Below, piece after piece: positions 44,296 to 53,588 of a stretch of 64,000 nucleotides of DNA; position 1 is the first letter of the stretch, and every line of letters starts with the position of its first letter. A program made the position numbers and the translations under genes. The DNA comes from Tagaea sp. GTDB taxonomy: Bacteria > Pseudomonadota > Alphaproteobacteria > CACIAM-22H2. The DNA lies in assembly GCA_965279525.1 (NCBI GenBank), contig CBDIIB010000002.1, positions 160,001 to 224,000 on the forward strand, read 5' to 3'. The notes under the pieces are model-generated. The model was not told the origin of the DNA and did no database searches. It saw only the letters and a list, made by a program, of their open reading frames with translations.

Positions 44296-45231
44296 ATGAC
44301 GCTTGCCAAATCGACGAACCGCTATTCGATCAAGCCGCTGGGCGCAAAGCCGGAGACCTATCCGGGCTACAGCGAAAAGCTGATCGTCAGCCATTTCGAG
44401 AACAACTATGCGGGTGCCGTGAAGCGGCTCAACGCGATTTCGGCGCGGCTCGAAGCACTCGATCCTGGTGCTGCCGTGTTCGAGTGGAACGGCCTCAAGC
44501 GCGAAGAGGTCGTCGCGTACAACTCGATGCTTCTCCACGAGGTCTATTTCGAGGCGATCGGCGCGCCCGTGCCGCCGCCCGTCGATCTCGCCGCCGCGAT
44601 CGACCGGGATTTCGGTTCGTTCGCGAACTGGCAGCTACGCTTCGCGGCCTGCGCCAAGGCGCTTGCCGGCGGCTCGGGCTGGGTGGTTCTCGTGCGCGAG
44701 AACCGCGACGGCCGCCTTGCCATCCAGTGGAGTGCGGACCACACGATGGGCTTTGCCGGCGCGACGCCGATCCTCGCACTCGACATGTACGAGCACGCCT
44801 ATCACATGGACTACGGTGCCAAGGCGGGCGCTTATGTCGACGCGTATTTCGGCGCGATCGACTGGACGCAGGCTGGCCGCCGCTGGCGCAATGCCGAACC
44901 GGCGAAGAACCCGCATGCGGTGACGCTCGACGACCTCGCGCGGATCGACGGCGTGTTCGTTGATGCGCGGCGCGGCCCCACCTACGCGGCATCGACCGAG
45001 ATCCTGCCCGGCGCGCTCCGCGTCGATCCGGCGGCACCCGACGGGGCCAAGGCGGGCCTGCCGCGCGACCGCGAAATAATCGTCTATTGCGTGCTGGGAT
45101 TCAGCTTCAGCCAGGACACGGCCGCGGCGCTACGCGCGCAAGGCTACCGGGCGCGCTATCTCGACACCGGCATCGCCGGATGGCGCGCGATGGGTAACCC
45201 GCTTGGCTCCAAGAAGGGAGAATCCGCATGA
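44296..45231 (+). CDS. Fe/Mn superoxide dismutase (ChrC-like) fused to a rhodanese domain (ChrE-like)
   Basis: SHFENNY, LLHEVYF, DMYEHAY; C-terminal DARR..LPGA..IIVYC..G.SQ. Confidence 0.85.
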   Translation: MTLAKSTNRYSIKPLGAKPETYPGYSEKLIVSHFENNYAGAVKRLNAISARLEALDPGAAVFEWNGLKREEVVAYNSMLLHEVYFEAIGAPVPPPVDLAAAIDRDFGSFANWQLRFAACAKALAGGSGWVVLVRENRDGRLAIQWSADHTMGFAGATPILALDMYEHAYHMDYGAKAGAYVDAYFGAIDWTQAGRRWRNAEPAKNPHAVTLDDLARIDGVFVDARRGPTYAASTEILPGALRVDPAAPDGAKAGLPRDREIIVYCVLGFSFSQDTAAALRAQGYRARYLDTGIAGWRAMGNPLGSKKGESA

Positions 45232-45683
45232 GGTGGATCACCCGCGAACGCCCGAAGATCGACCGCGTGGCCTGCCCCTGGCTGGTCGCACGTTTCATCG
45301 ACAAGGCGCCCGAGTTCCTGTTCGTGGCGTCGGGCAAGGTCCTGTCGGAGGCCAAGCGGCTCGACGCGATCCCCTACGACGTGCCGGGCGTGGAACTCAC
45401 CCACGACGGCCCGCTGTGCAGCTTCGACGCGTTCCTGAAGAAGTACGGCCTGACGGACCCCGCACTGGCGCACCTCGCGATCATCGTGCGCGGGGCCGAT
45501 ACCGGACGCCCGGAGCTGGCGCCGGAATCGGCCGGGCTGCTGGCGGCCTCGCTCGGCCTGTCGGCGATCCATGCCGCCGACGACCATGCGATGCTTGCGC
45601 AGGGCTTCGTGCTGTACGACGCTCTCCATGCGTGGGCGCGCAAGGCACAAGGCGAAACCCACAACTGGCCGCCCAAGGGATGA
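45228..45683 (+). CDS. Chromate resistance protein, ChrB C-terminal domain only (ChrF-like)
   Basis: WITRERPKIDRVACPWL..RFID, THDG..CSFD, IVRGAD. Confidence 0.88.
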   Translation: MRWITRERPKIDRVACPWLVARFIDKAPEFLFVASGKVLSEAKRLDAIPYDVPGVELTHDGPLCSFDAFLKKYGLTDPALAHLAIIVRGADTGRPELAPESAGLLAASLGLSAIHAADDHAMLAQGFVLYDALHAWARKAQGETHNWPPKG

Positions 45684-47008
45684 ACGAGATGCCCGACGCT
45701 TCCGCACCCGCCTCGTCCGGCCCCGCCGCATCGGCGCGCCCGTCGTTCGGCGAGGCGCTCGCCTACTGGTTCCGGCTCGGCTGCCTGTCCTTCGGCGGCC
45801 CGGCTGGCCAGATCGCGATGATGCAGCACGATCTCGTCGACGGGAAACGCTGGATCGCGCAGCGCGCGTTCCTGCGCGGCCTGTCCTTCGCCACGCTGCT
45901 GCCGGGGCCGGAGGCCACGCAGCTTGCCGTCTATATCGGCTGGCGGCTGCATGGCACGCTCGGCGGCGTCGTCGCGGGATCGCTGTTCGTCATTCCGGGC
46001 GTGCTGTGCATGCTTGCCCTTTCCTACATCGCGGCGGCGCACGGCGAGACCGGCTTCGTGGGCGCGATCTTCGACGGGCTCAAGCCCGTCGTCATCGCGA
46101 TCGTCATCCACGCGGTCTGGCGGATCGGCCGGAAATCGCTCCACACGTGGCAGGCGGTGGCTCTTGCCGCAGCGGCTTTCGTCGCGATCCACTTCGTCTC
46201 GATCGATTTTCCGTGGGTCGTCGCGGCGGCGGCCGTGATCGGCTGGCTGTCCGCGCGCGGGGCGGCACCCTCGCCGTTTGCCGCCGGCGGGCACGGCGCC
46301 GATGCCGACGAAGACGAGCCGTCGGCCGTCCTTCCCGCCAACCCGACGCGGCGCTTCGTGAAGCTCGGGGCGATTTTCGCGGTGCTGTGGGCCGTCCCGG
46401 TCGGCCTCGTGCTGCTGGCGATGGGCACGCGCCCGTTCTTCGACATCGCCGAGCTGTTCACCAAGGCGGCGTTCGTCACGTTCGGCGGCGCCTATGCCGT
46501 GCTGCCCTACGTCGCCGATGCGGCCGTGAATTTCTATGGCTGGCTCACGCCGGCCGACATGCTCAACGGCCTTGCCCTTGCCGAGACGACGCCGGGACCG
46601 CTGATCCTCGTGCTCCAGTTCGTCGGCTTCTTTGCCGGCTGGAACGCCGGCCTCGCGGACCCGCTCGCGGCGGCCGTGGCGGGTGCGCTGCTGGCAAGCT
46701 ACGTCACGTTCCTGCCGAGCTTCCTGTTCATCCTTGCCGGTGCCCCGTATATCGAGGGCCTGCACGAGAACAAGGGTGCGTCCGCTGCCCTTGGCGCCAT
46801 CACGGCGGCGGTCGTCGGCGTGGTGCTGAACCTCGCGGTCTTTCTCGGTCAGGCGGTGTTCGTGCCGGCACCGGGCGTCGTCGACTTCGTGGCATTGGGT
46901 GTCGCGGCGATCGCCTTCGTGGCGCTCGTGCGCTTTGGTGCGGCGATCCACTGGCTGGTGCTCGCCGGGGCCGCATTCGGTCTCGCGCGCTACGCGACGG
47001 GGCTGTGA
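45680..47008 (+). CDS. chrA: Chromate efflux transporter
   Basis: SFGGPAGQI, LPGPEATQ, TFGGAYAVL, ETTPGP. Confidence 0.94.
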   Translation: MNEMPDASAPASSGPAASARPSFGEALAYWFRLGCLSFGGPAGQIAMMQHDLVDGKRWIAQRAFLRGLSFATLLPGPEATQLAVYIGWRLHGTLGGVVAGSLFVIPGVLCMLALSYIAAAHGETGFVGAIFDGLKPVVIAIVIHAVWRIGRKSLHTWQAVALAAAAFVAIHFVSIDFPWVVAAAAVIGWLSARGAAPSPFAAGGHGADADEDEPSAVLPANPTRRFVKLGAIFAVLWAVPVGLVLLAMGTRPFFDIAELFTKAAFVTFGGAYAVLPYVADAAVNFYGWLTPADMLNGLALAETTPGPLILVLQFVGFFAGWNAGLADPLAAAVAGALLASYVTFLPSFLFILAGAPYIEGLHENKGASAALGAITAAVVGVVLNLAVFLGQAVFVPAPGVVDFVALGVAAIAFVALVRFGAAIHWLVLAGAAFGLARYATGL

Positions 47009-47337
47009 CGAAACGCTTCCAGCGCCGGATCGAGGATTTCGCCTGCGGCAACTGCGGGCGGACGGTGACCGGCGACGGCTATACGAACCACTGCCCGCAT
47101 TGCCTGTGGTCGCGCCATGTCGACGTCAATCCGGGCGACCGCGCAGCCGAGTGTGGCGGCCTGATGCGGCCGCTGCGCGTGGAAACGCAAGGCGGTGCCT
47201 GGACGCTGGTGCACGAATGCGCGTCCTGCCGCACGGTTCGGCGCTGCAAGACCGCGACGGCGGACGAACGCGACGCGCTGCTCGCGCTTGCGCGCGTCGC
47301 GGCCGCGGAGGCGGCTAGCGGAAAAAGACGAACGTGA
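47005..47337 (+). CDS. RNHCP-domain zinc-ribbon protein
   Basis: CGNC, NHCPHCLWSRHVD, PGDRA..CGGLM, HECASC; GTGA overlap with the chrA stop. Confidence 0.85.
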   Translation: MTKRFQRRIEDFACGNCGRTVTGDGYTNHCPHCLWSRHVDVNPGDRAAECGGLMRPLRVETQGGAWTLVHECASCRTVRRCKTATADERDALLALARVAAAEAASGKRRT

Positions 47338-48742
47338 CGAGCACGAAGCACGGGATCAGGAAAATCCCCGACCACATCATGTAGCCAAGGAACCCCGGCA
47401 TCTTGACGCCGCCGGCTTCCGCGATCGCCTTCACCATGAAGTTGGGCGCGTTGCCGATATAGGTGTTGGCCCCCATGAACACGGCACCGGCCGAGATCGC
47501 CGCCAGCGTCGAGGCCAGCGGCCCCATCAGCTCGACCGCGTCGCCGCTGGCCATGTTGAAGAACACGAGATAGGTCGGCGCGTTGTCGAGGAAGCTCGAC
47601 AGCCCGCCCGCCATCCAGAAATACATCGCGTCGTTCGGTTTGCCGTCCGGACCAGTGACCAGCGCCACCAGTCCCGCGAACGCCCCGTCGGGGCCGGCGC
47701 GCAGCATCGCGATGACGGGCACGATCGTGGCGAAAATGCCGAAGAAGAGCTTGGCGACTTCCAGGATCGGACCCCACGAGAAATCGTTGCCCTCGCGGAT
47801 TTCGGCGGGCGTCGCGGCGAACGACCAGGCGGCGAGCCCGATCAGGATCACGTCGCGCACGAGGCCTTCCAGCGGCACGTGCGTGCCGAGCACGACGAAC
47901 TCGATCCCCGGCTTCCACACGCCCGACAGCAGGACGGCACCCACGACACCGCCGAGCAGTAGCAGGTTGAACGTGCCGTCGAGGCGCACGCGGTTGTCGG
48001 GCGTGGGATCGGGCTTGGGCGGCAGGTGCGTGTCGAACCGGTAGAAATACGTGTCGAGCGCATAGAACGCGACAAGCAGGATCGCCGTCACGAGCAGCAT
48101 CGGCGCGAAAAGATGGACCGTCGGCCAGAAGAAATCGACGCCCTTGAGGAAGCCCAGGAACAGCGGCGGATCGCCCAGCGGCGTCAGGCTGCCGCCCACA
48201 TTGGCGACGAGGAAAATGAAGAAGATCACGACATGCGCGTTGTGCCGCCGATCGTCGTTGGCGCGCAGCACCGGCCGGATCATCAGCATGGCGGCACCCG
48301 TCGTGCCGGTGATGCTCGCGATGCCCGTGCCGATCGCCAGCAGGGTCGTGTTGGTCGCCGCACTGCCGTGGATGTTGCCGCGCACGAGCACGCCGCCGGC
48401 GATGGTGAACAGGGCGCCGATCAGGATCAGGAACGGGACATACTCCGCCAGCATCACATGGGCCATCGTCTCGACGACGGTGCCGAAAGGATGCGTGGCG
48501 AGAAACGGGACGACGAACGCCAGCGCCCAGCCGAGCGCGATCTTGCCGTAGTGGTAATGCCAGATGGCCGGGGCCAGCAGCGGCAATACCGCAATCGACA
48601 GCAGCACGCCGGCGAACGGGACCGCCCACCAGGCCGACAGGGCGGCACCGTCGAGGCCGTCGGCGGCATGGGCCGGAGCGGAAAATGCGAGACCGGCGAG
48701 CACGATCGCCGCAACGAGGTGCGCTTTGGGAAATTTCATCAT
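47315..48742 (-). CDS. Ion-transporter superfamily permease (putative Na+/H+ antiporter), paralogue 2
   Basis: GTTGA, GGSLTPLGDPPL, LDNAPTYL, YIGNAPNFMVK; multi-TM. Confidence 0.85.
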   Translation of the reverse strand: MMKFPKAHLVAAIVLAGLAFSAPAHAADGLDGAALSAWWAVPFAGVLLSIAVLPLLAPAIWHYHYGKIALGWALAFVVPFLATHPFGTVVETMAHVMLAEYVPFLILIGALFTIAGGVLVRGNIHGSAATNTTLLAIGTGIASITGTTGAAMLMIRPVLRANDDRRHNAHVVIFFIFLVANVGGSLTPLGDPPLFLGFLKGVDFFWPTVHLFAPMLLVTAILLVAFYALDTYFYRFDTHLPPKPDPTPDNRVRLDGTFNLLLLGGVVGAVLLSGVWKPGIEFVVLGTHVPLEGLVRDVILIGLAAWSFAATPAEIREGNDFSWGPILEVAKLFFGIFATIVPVIAMLRAGPDGAFAGLVALVTGPDGKPNDAMYFWMAGGLSSFLDNAPTYLVFFNMASGDAVELMGPLASTLAAISAGAVFMGANTYIGNAPNFMVKAIAEAGGVKMPGFLGYMMWSGIFLIPCFVLVTFVFFR

Positions 48743-48790
48743 GGCGCCGACATTCGCCGCCCGAAACGCGCGCGTCAAGTCGTCCGTTTT

Positions 48791-50209
48791 CTAGAAATAC
48801 AGCACCGTGAGAAGTGCCAGCGGCGGCAGCACGAACGCGCACGACCAGCCCATATAGCCGAAGAACGACGGCATGCGCACGCCCTTCTCCTCGGCGATGG
48901 CCTTGACCATGAAGTTGGGCGCGTTGCCGACATAGCTGAGCGCGCCCATGAAGACCGAGCCGCACGAGATCGCCAGCAGCGTCGTGCCAAGCGGCCCCAT
49001 CAGCGCCTGCGGATCGCCGCCCGCGAGATTGAAGAACAGCAGATAGGTCGGCGCGTTGTCGAGGAAGGCCGACAGGATTCCCGTCACCCAGAAATACGTG
49101 GCGTTCGCCGGTTGCCCGTCGATATTCAGCAGGCCGATCAGGCCGCCCAGCGCGCCGTCCTGGCCGGCACGGATGATCGCGATGGCCGGCACGATCGTCA
49201 CGAAGATCCCGACGAAGAGCTTGGCGACCTCCGCGATCGGCCCCCAGGTGAAGCCGTTGAGCGCCCGGCTCTCGTCGCGCGTGATCTTGAGCGAGACGAT
49301 TGCGAGGACCACGAGGGCGGCCGAGCGCAGCACGCTTTCGCCCGCGACCTTCGTGTGGAAGATCTCGATGTCCCAGCCCGCCTTCCAGATGCCCGACACG
49401 AGCACGGCGGCCACGATGCCGGCGAGCAGCGCGAAGTTGCCCTTGCCCTCGATGCCGAAGGGTTCGCGTTCGGCAAGGTGGCCGGCCGGCGGCGGATCCT
49501 CCTTCGCGTAATAGTAGCTGTCGAGCAGCCAGAATGCGGCGAGCAGCGGCACCGCGAGGACCAGCATCGGCACGAACATCCGCGTCGTCACCCAGAAGAA
49601 GTCCACACCTTCGAGGAAGCCGATGAACAGCGGCGGATCGCCCAGCGGCGTCAACGCGCCGCCGATATTGCCCACGAGGAAGATGAAGAACACGAACACG
49701 TGCGCGTTGTTCCGGCGCCAGGCGTTGGCGCGCAGCATCGGCTGGATCAGCAGCATGCAGGCCCCCGTGGTGCCCATGATGCTGGCGATCGCGGTGCCGC
49801 CCGCGAGCATCGCGGTGTTGACCGCAGGCGTGCCGACCATTGCACCCTTGAGGCGCACGCCGCCCGCGACGACATAGAGGGCGAGCAGCAGCACGATGAA
49901 CGGCACGTATTCGATCAGCATCGTGTGGATGAACTCGTAGAGCGCGGTCTCGATGCCGAACACCGCGGCGCACGGCACGAGGAAGGCGAGGGCGCACGCA
50001 CCGGCGTACTTGCCATAGTGGGCGTGCCAGGCGTGTGCGGCCAGCAGCGGCCCGAGCGCGATGCCCGCCAAGATCGCCACGAAGGGCAGCATCCAGACGA
50101 GGCCGAGCGAACTCCCGTCGAGAGATGGTGCGCCGGCTTCGGCGGAATGCGCGGCCCCGGCGGAAAGAAGCAGGGCGAGAGTCACGACCAGACGGCTGTA
50201 TGTTGTCAT
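48791..50209 (-). CDS. Ion-transporter superfamily permease (putative Na+/H+ antiporter), paralogue 1
   Basis: Same motif set: GGALTPLGDPPL, LDNAPTYL, YVGNAPNFMVK. Confidence 0.85.
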   Translation of the reverse strand: MTTYSRLVVTLALLLSAGAAHSAEAGAPSLDGSSLGLVWMLPFVAILAGIALGPLLAAHAWHAHYGKYAGACALAFLVPCAAVFGIETALYEFIHTMLIEYVPFIVLLLALYVVAGGVRLKGAMVGTPAVNTAMLAGGTAIASIMGTTGACMLLIQPMLRANAWRRNNAHVFVFFIFLVGNIGGALTPLGDPPLFIGFLEGVDFFWVTTRMFVPMLVLAVPLLAAFWLLDSYYYAKEDPPPAGHLAEREPFGIEGKGNFALLAGIVAAVLVSGIWKAGWDIEIFHTKVAGESVLRSAALVVLAIVSLKITRDESRALNGFTWGPIAEVAKLFVGIFVTIVPAIAIIRAGQDGALGGLIGLLNIDGQPANATYFWVTGILSAFLDNAPTYLLFFNLAGGDPQALMGPLGTTLLAISCGSVFMGALSYVGNAPNFMVKAIAEEKGVRMPSFFGYMGWSCAFVLPPLALLTVLYF

Positions 50210-50376
50210 TGCTCGGGGGAATCTCCGGAACTGCGGTGCCCGAGTATGTCGAGTGGATATCGGAGATATCAAGAAAAAATGCGGATTCCACAGCAAGTCA
50301 TCGCAGAATGCTGGTGTTTGTATGAACTACTACAACTGTATGAAATTTCTAACGATTGCAATTTTTACGGTGACCA

Positions 50377-50392
50377 ACTTACCATGGTAAGT
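50377..50392. promoter_or_regulatory. Perfect 16-bp palindrome, putative operator
   Basis: ACTTACCATGGTAAGT, 17 nt upstream of the GIY-YIG-like ATG in an AT-rich divergent intergenic region. Confidence 0.45.
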
Positions 50393-50409
50393 GACTCGCT
50401 GGAGCCTGC

Positions 50410-50739
50410 ATGGCCGTCCGATCCACCCGACCGAAGAAGACAAGACCCGGCCGCAAGAAGAGTGCGGTCCAGGTCGATCTCCTGTCGCCGACGGACGATC
50501 TGGCCTTCTACGTCTATATCGCCGCGCGCAACCGGCGCGCGCCTCTCAAGATCGGGGCCACCGGCAATCTTGCCGCACTGGCGCCGCTGCGCCTGCTCTG
50601 GTTCGAGCGGCTCGACGACATTCCCGCGGCAATGGCACTCGCCGAACGAATCGGCCGCTGGCCGCGCGAGTGGCGGCTCAGGATGATCGCGCGCACGAAC
50701 CCCGAGTGGCGCGATCTCGTGGCCGACATGAAGGTCTAG
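50410..50739 (+). CDS. Degenerate GIY-YIG (UPF0213-like) protein
   Basis: [23 protein letters not shown]...I...NPEWRDL; GGAG SD. Confidence 0.65.
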   Translation: MAVRSTRPKKTRPGRKKSAVQVDLLSPTDDLAFYVYIAARNRRAPLKIGATGNLAALAPLRLLWFERLDDIPAAMALAERIGRWPREWRLRMIARTNPEWRDLVADMKV

Positions 50740-52706
50740 GCGGCGAGATCGGCCTTTCCGGTCGCGACGATCGTTTTGACGAGGCGATGGATCGTGTCGT
50801 TCTGGCTGAGCGAGATGCCGACGAAGCCGCGCTCGCGCCGGGCAAGGCGACCGGTAAGCGTCTCGGTCTGGCCGGACACGGACACGCGCAGCGGGGCACC
50901 GGGAAGCGCGTCGATCTCGCCGGCGAACCGGCAGCCGGCACCCGAGATGTCGACAAGCCGGCCCTCGTAGGACCTGCCGCCGACCTCGATGCGCGCCGCG
51001 ACGTCGCAGGCATGGCGCTCGAACGTGCGCCGCTCGCCGGCGGTGCGCATCGACTCGACGAACGCCTCGACCTCGCCGCGCAGTTCGTTGGTCTGCCGGG
51101 CGAGATCGCCGGACGCCTCGAGTACCTCGTTGGCGGCCGAGCCGGTCTCGACGGCGGCCTGCGTCACCTGTGCGATGGCTTGCGTCACGGTCTTCGTCGA
51201 GTTGCTGGCGTCCTGGACGTTGCGCACGATCTCCTGCGTGGCCGCCCCCTGCTGCTCGACGGCGGCCGCGATGGACGACGAGATCTGGCTCACGCGCGCG
51301 ATGATCTCCGAGACCTTGCCGAGAGAACCCGTGGCCTCGCCGGTCGCACCCTGGACCGCCTTGATCTTGGCGGCGATCTCTTCGGTCGCCCGACTGGTCT
51401 GGTTGGCGAGGCTCTTGACCTCGCTTGCCACCACCGCGAAGCCCTTGCCGGCATCGCCCGCGCGCGCCGCCTCGATCGTGGCGTTGAGGGCGAGCAGGTT
51501 GGTCTGCCCGGCGATGTCGTTGATGAGCTTGACCACGTCGCCGATCTGGTTCGCCGCTTCGACCAGGCTCGCCACGATCTTGTCGGTGCGGCCGGTTTCC
51601 TCGACGGCGTCGCTGGCGATGCGGGTCGCCTGTTCGACCTGCTGGCCGATCTCGCGCACGGTCGCGAGCATCTCTTCGGTGGCGCCGGCCACCGTCGAAA
51701 GGTTCGCCGAGCTCTGCGTGGCCGACTGCGTGACCTGCTCGGCCTGCTTGCGCGTCGTCTCGGCGGTGTCGGTCATCGTCTTCGAGGTCGCCTGCATCTC
51801 CTCGGCGGCGGCCGACAGGGTCTGCAGCACGCCGGAAACGGCGGCGTTGAACTCGCCCGTCAGGTCCTCGACCGTCTGGGTACGACGTTCCTTGTTCGCG
51901 CGTTCGGCGGCGGCGGCGGCCTCGAGGCGGCGCTGTTCGCGCCCGGTCTCGAGGAAGATCGCAAGGGCCGCGGCGAGCAGGCCGATCTCGTCCTTGCGCG
52001 CCGTGTCGGGCACCGTCACGTCAAGATTGCCCTTTGCGACCTCGTCCACGAGGCCGACCATCTTGCCCAGCGGGCCCGAAACCGAGCGCGCCAGCGCATA
52101 GCTGACCGCGAAGATGATGCCGCCGAGCACCAGCACGATCGCGCCGAACTCGAGGGCGTTGCGCAGCAGCGCCGCATTCACGTCGTCGATATAGACGCCC
52201 GAGCCGAGGATCCAGCCCCACGGCTCGAAGCCGCGCACGAACGAGATCTTCTCGACCGGCTTGTCGTGGCCGGGCTTGGGCCACAGATAGGGCACGAAGC
52301 CCGAGCCGCTCTTGCGGACAGTCTCGACGAAGTTGCGGAACAGGAAATTGCCGTTGGGGTCCTTCACCTCGCCGACGTTCTTGCCTTCGAGGTCGGGGCG
52401 GAACGGATGCATGATGACGTTGGGTGCCGCATCCTGGACCCAGACATAGTCGTCGTCGCCATAGCGGATCGCCTTGATCGCCGCGAGGGCGGTAGCCTTC
52501 GCCGCGTCGACGCCAATCGTGCCGGCGCGCGCGTCGGCCTCGTATTTGGCCGCGATCTTGGTCGCCGCGTCGACGATGGCGGCACTGCGCCGCCCGGCAT
52601 CGTCGCGCATCTGGCCCTGGCTCATCAGCAGCGCCACGACGGCAAGAAGCGCCAGTCCGACCACCGAGATGGCCGGAATGATCGAAAGCTTTGTCGAGAT
52701 TTTCAT
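50736..52706 (-). CDS. Methyl-accepting chemotaxis protein: sCache_2, HAMP, MA domain and C-terminal PilZ
   Basis: [32 protein letters not shown]; [16 protein letters not shown]; RRTFER and DISGAG. Confidence 0.93.
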   Translation of the reverse strand: MKISTKLSIIPAISVVGLALLAVVALLMSQGQMRDDAGRRSAAIVDAATKIAAKYEADARAGTIGVDAAKATALAAIKAIRYGDDDYVWVQDAAPNVIMHPFRPDLEGKNVGEVKDPNGNFLFRNFVETVRKSGSGFVPYLWPKPGHDKPVEKISFVRGFEPWGWILGSGVYIDDVNAALLRNALEFGAIVLVLGGIIFAVSYALARSVSGPLGKMVGLVDEVAKGNLDVTVPDTARKDEIGLLAAALAIFLETGREQRRLEAAAAAERANKERRTQTVEDLTGEFNAAVSGVLQTLSAAAEEMQATSKTMTDTAETTRKQAEQVTQSATQSSANLSTVAGATEEMLATVREIGQQVEQATRIASDAVEETGRTDKIVASLVEAANQIGDVVKLINDIAGQTNLLALNATIEAARAGDAGKGFAVVASEVKSLANQTSRATEEIAAKIKAVQGATGEATGSLGKVSEIIARVSQISSSIAAAVEQQGAATQEIVRNVQDASNSTKTVTQAIAQVTQAAVETGSAANEVLEASGDLARQTNELRGEVEAFVESMRTAGERRTFERHACDVAARIEVGGRSYEGRLVDISGAGCRFAGEIDALPGAPLRVSVSGQTETLTGRLARRERGFVGISLSQNDTIHRLVKTIVATGKADLAA

Positions 52707-52805
52707 GTCGTCCCCCGGATGTCTTGGGCGGGAGACTAATCGAATACACATTAAATGTTGATGAATCTGGGCCGCCGCCGGCGCGGCATCCCGCCGCAGG
52801 CCGGT

Positions 52806-53588
52806 TCAGGCCAACTCGTTGGTAGGCAATATGAATATGCCGCCTTCCGGCAACTGCAGGTGTCGCATCGCGACGCCGAATGCGCGGTAAAGCAGGTCTG
52901 CGGCGAGCGCCTGCTCGGGCAGGCCGTCGGCGAGCACCCGCCCGGCGGCCATCAGCACCACGCGGTCGCAGAACCGGGCCGCGAGATTGAGGTCGTGCAG
53001 CACGGCGACGACTGCATGGCCCGCACCGGCCAAGGCCCGCGCGCGGTGCAGGATCGACTGCTGGTGCGCGATGTCGAGGCTGGCGGTCGGCTCGTCGAGC
53101 AGCAGGGCGCGCGGGCCGGTGGGGCCGTCGCGCGCGTCGAGCTGGGCGAGTGCGCGGGCGAACTGCACGCGCTGCTGCTCGCCGCCCGACAAGGTCGAGT
53201 AACTGCGCTGTGCCAGAAGTTCGCCGCCGCAGGCACCCAGCGCATCGCTGGCCACACGCCGCGGATCGGTGCCGCCGGGATGTGCGAGCCGGCCCAGCGC
53301 CGCGACATCCAGTGCCGGAAGCTCGAAGGCCAGTGCGGCATGCTGCGGCAGCACGGCCCGCCGACGGGCGAGATCGCGCGGGTCCATCCGCGCGAGGTCG
53401 ATGCCGTCGAACGTAACCGTGCCGCTGTCGGGCGCCATCTCGCCGGCCAGCACGCGCACGAGGGTCGATTTGCCCGCACCGTTGGCCCCGACGATGCCGA
53501 CGAGTGCGCCCGTCGCGGCCGTGAAATCCACGCGGTCGAGCAAGCGGCGATTGCCGCGCGCCACCACGATGCCGCTTGCCGCGATCAT
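52806..53588 (-). CDS. hmuV: Heme ABC transporter ATP-binding protein
   Basis: GANGAGKST, LSGGEQQRVQFARALAQ, DEPTASLD. Confidence 0.9.
   Translation of the reverse strand: MIAASGIVVARGNRRLLDRVDFTAATGALVGIVGANGAGKSTLVRVLAGEMAPDSGTVTFDGIDLARMDPRDLARRRAVLPQHAALAFELPALDVAALGRLAHPGGTDPRRVASDALGACGGELLAQRSYSTLSGGEQQRVQFARALAQLDARDGPTGPRALLLDEPTASLDIAHQQSILHRARALAGAGHAVVAVLHDLNLAARFCDRVVLMAAGRVLADGLPEQALAADLLYRAFGVAMRHLQLPEGGIFILPTNELA

Noticed and set aside
44140-47337. Chromate operon as a transposon or genomic island
   Set aside because: No transposase, integrase, terminal repeats or compositional shift; codon usage matches the flanks
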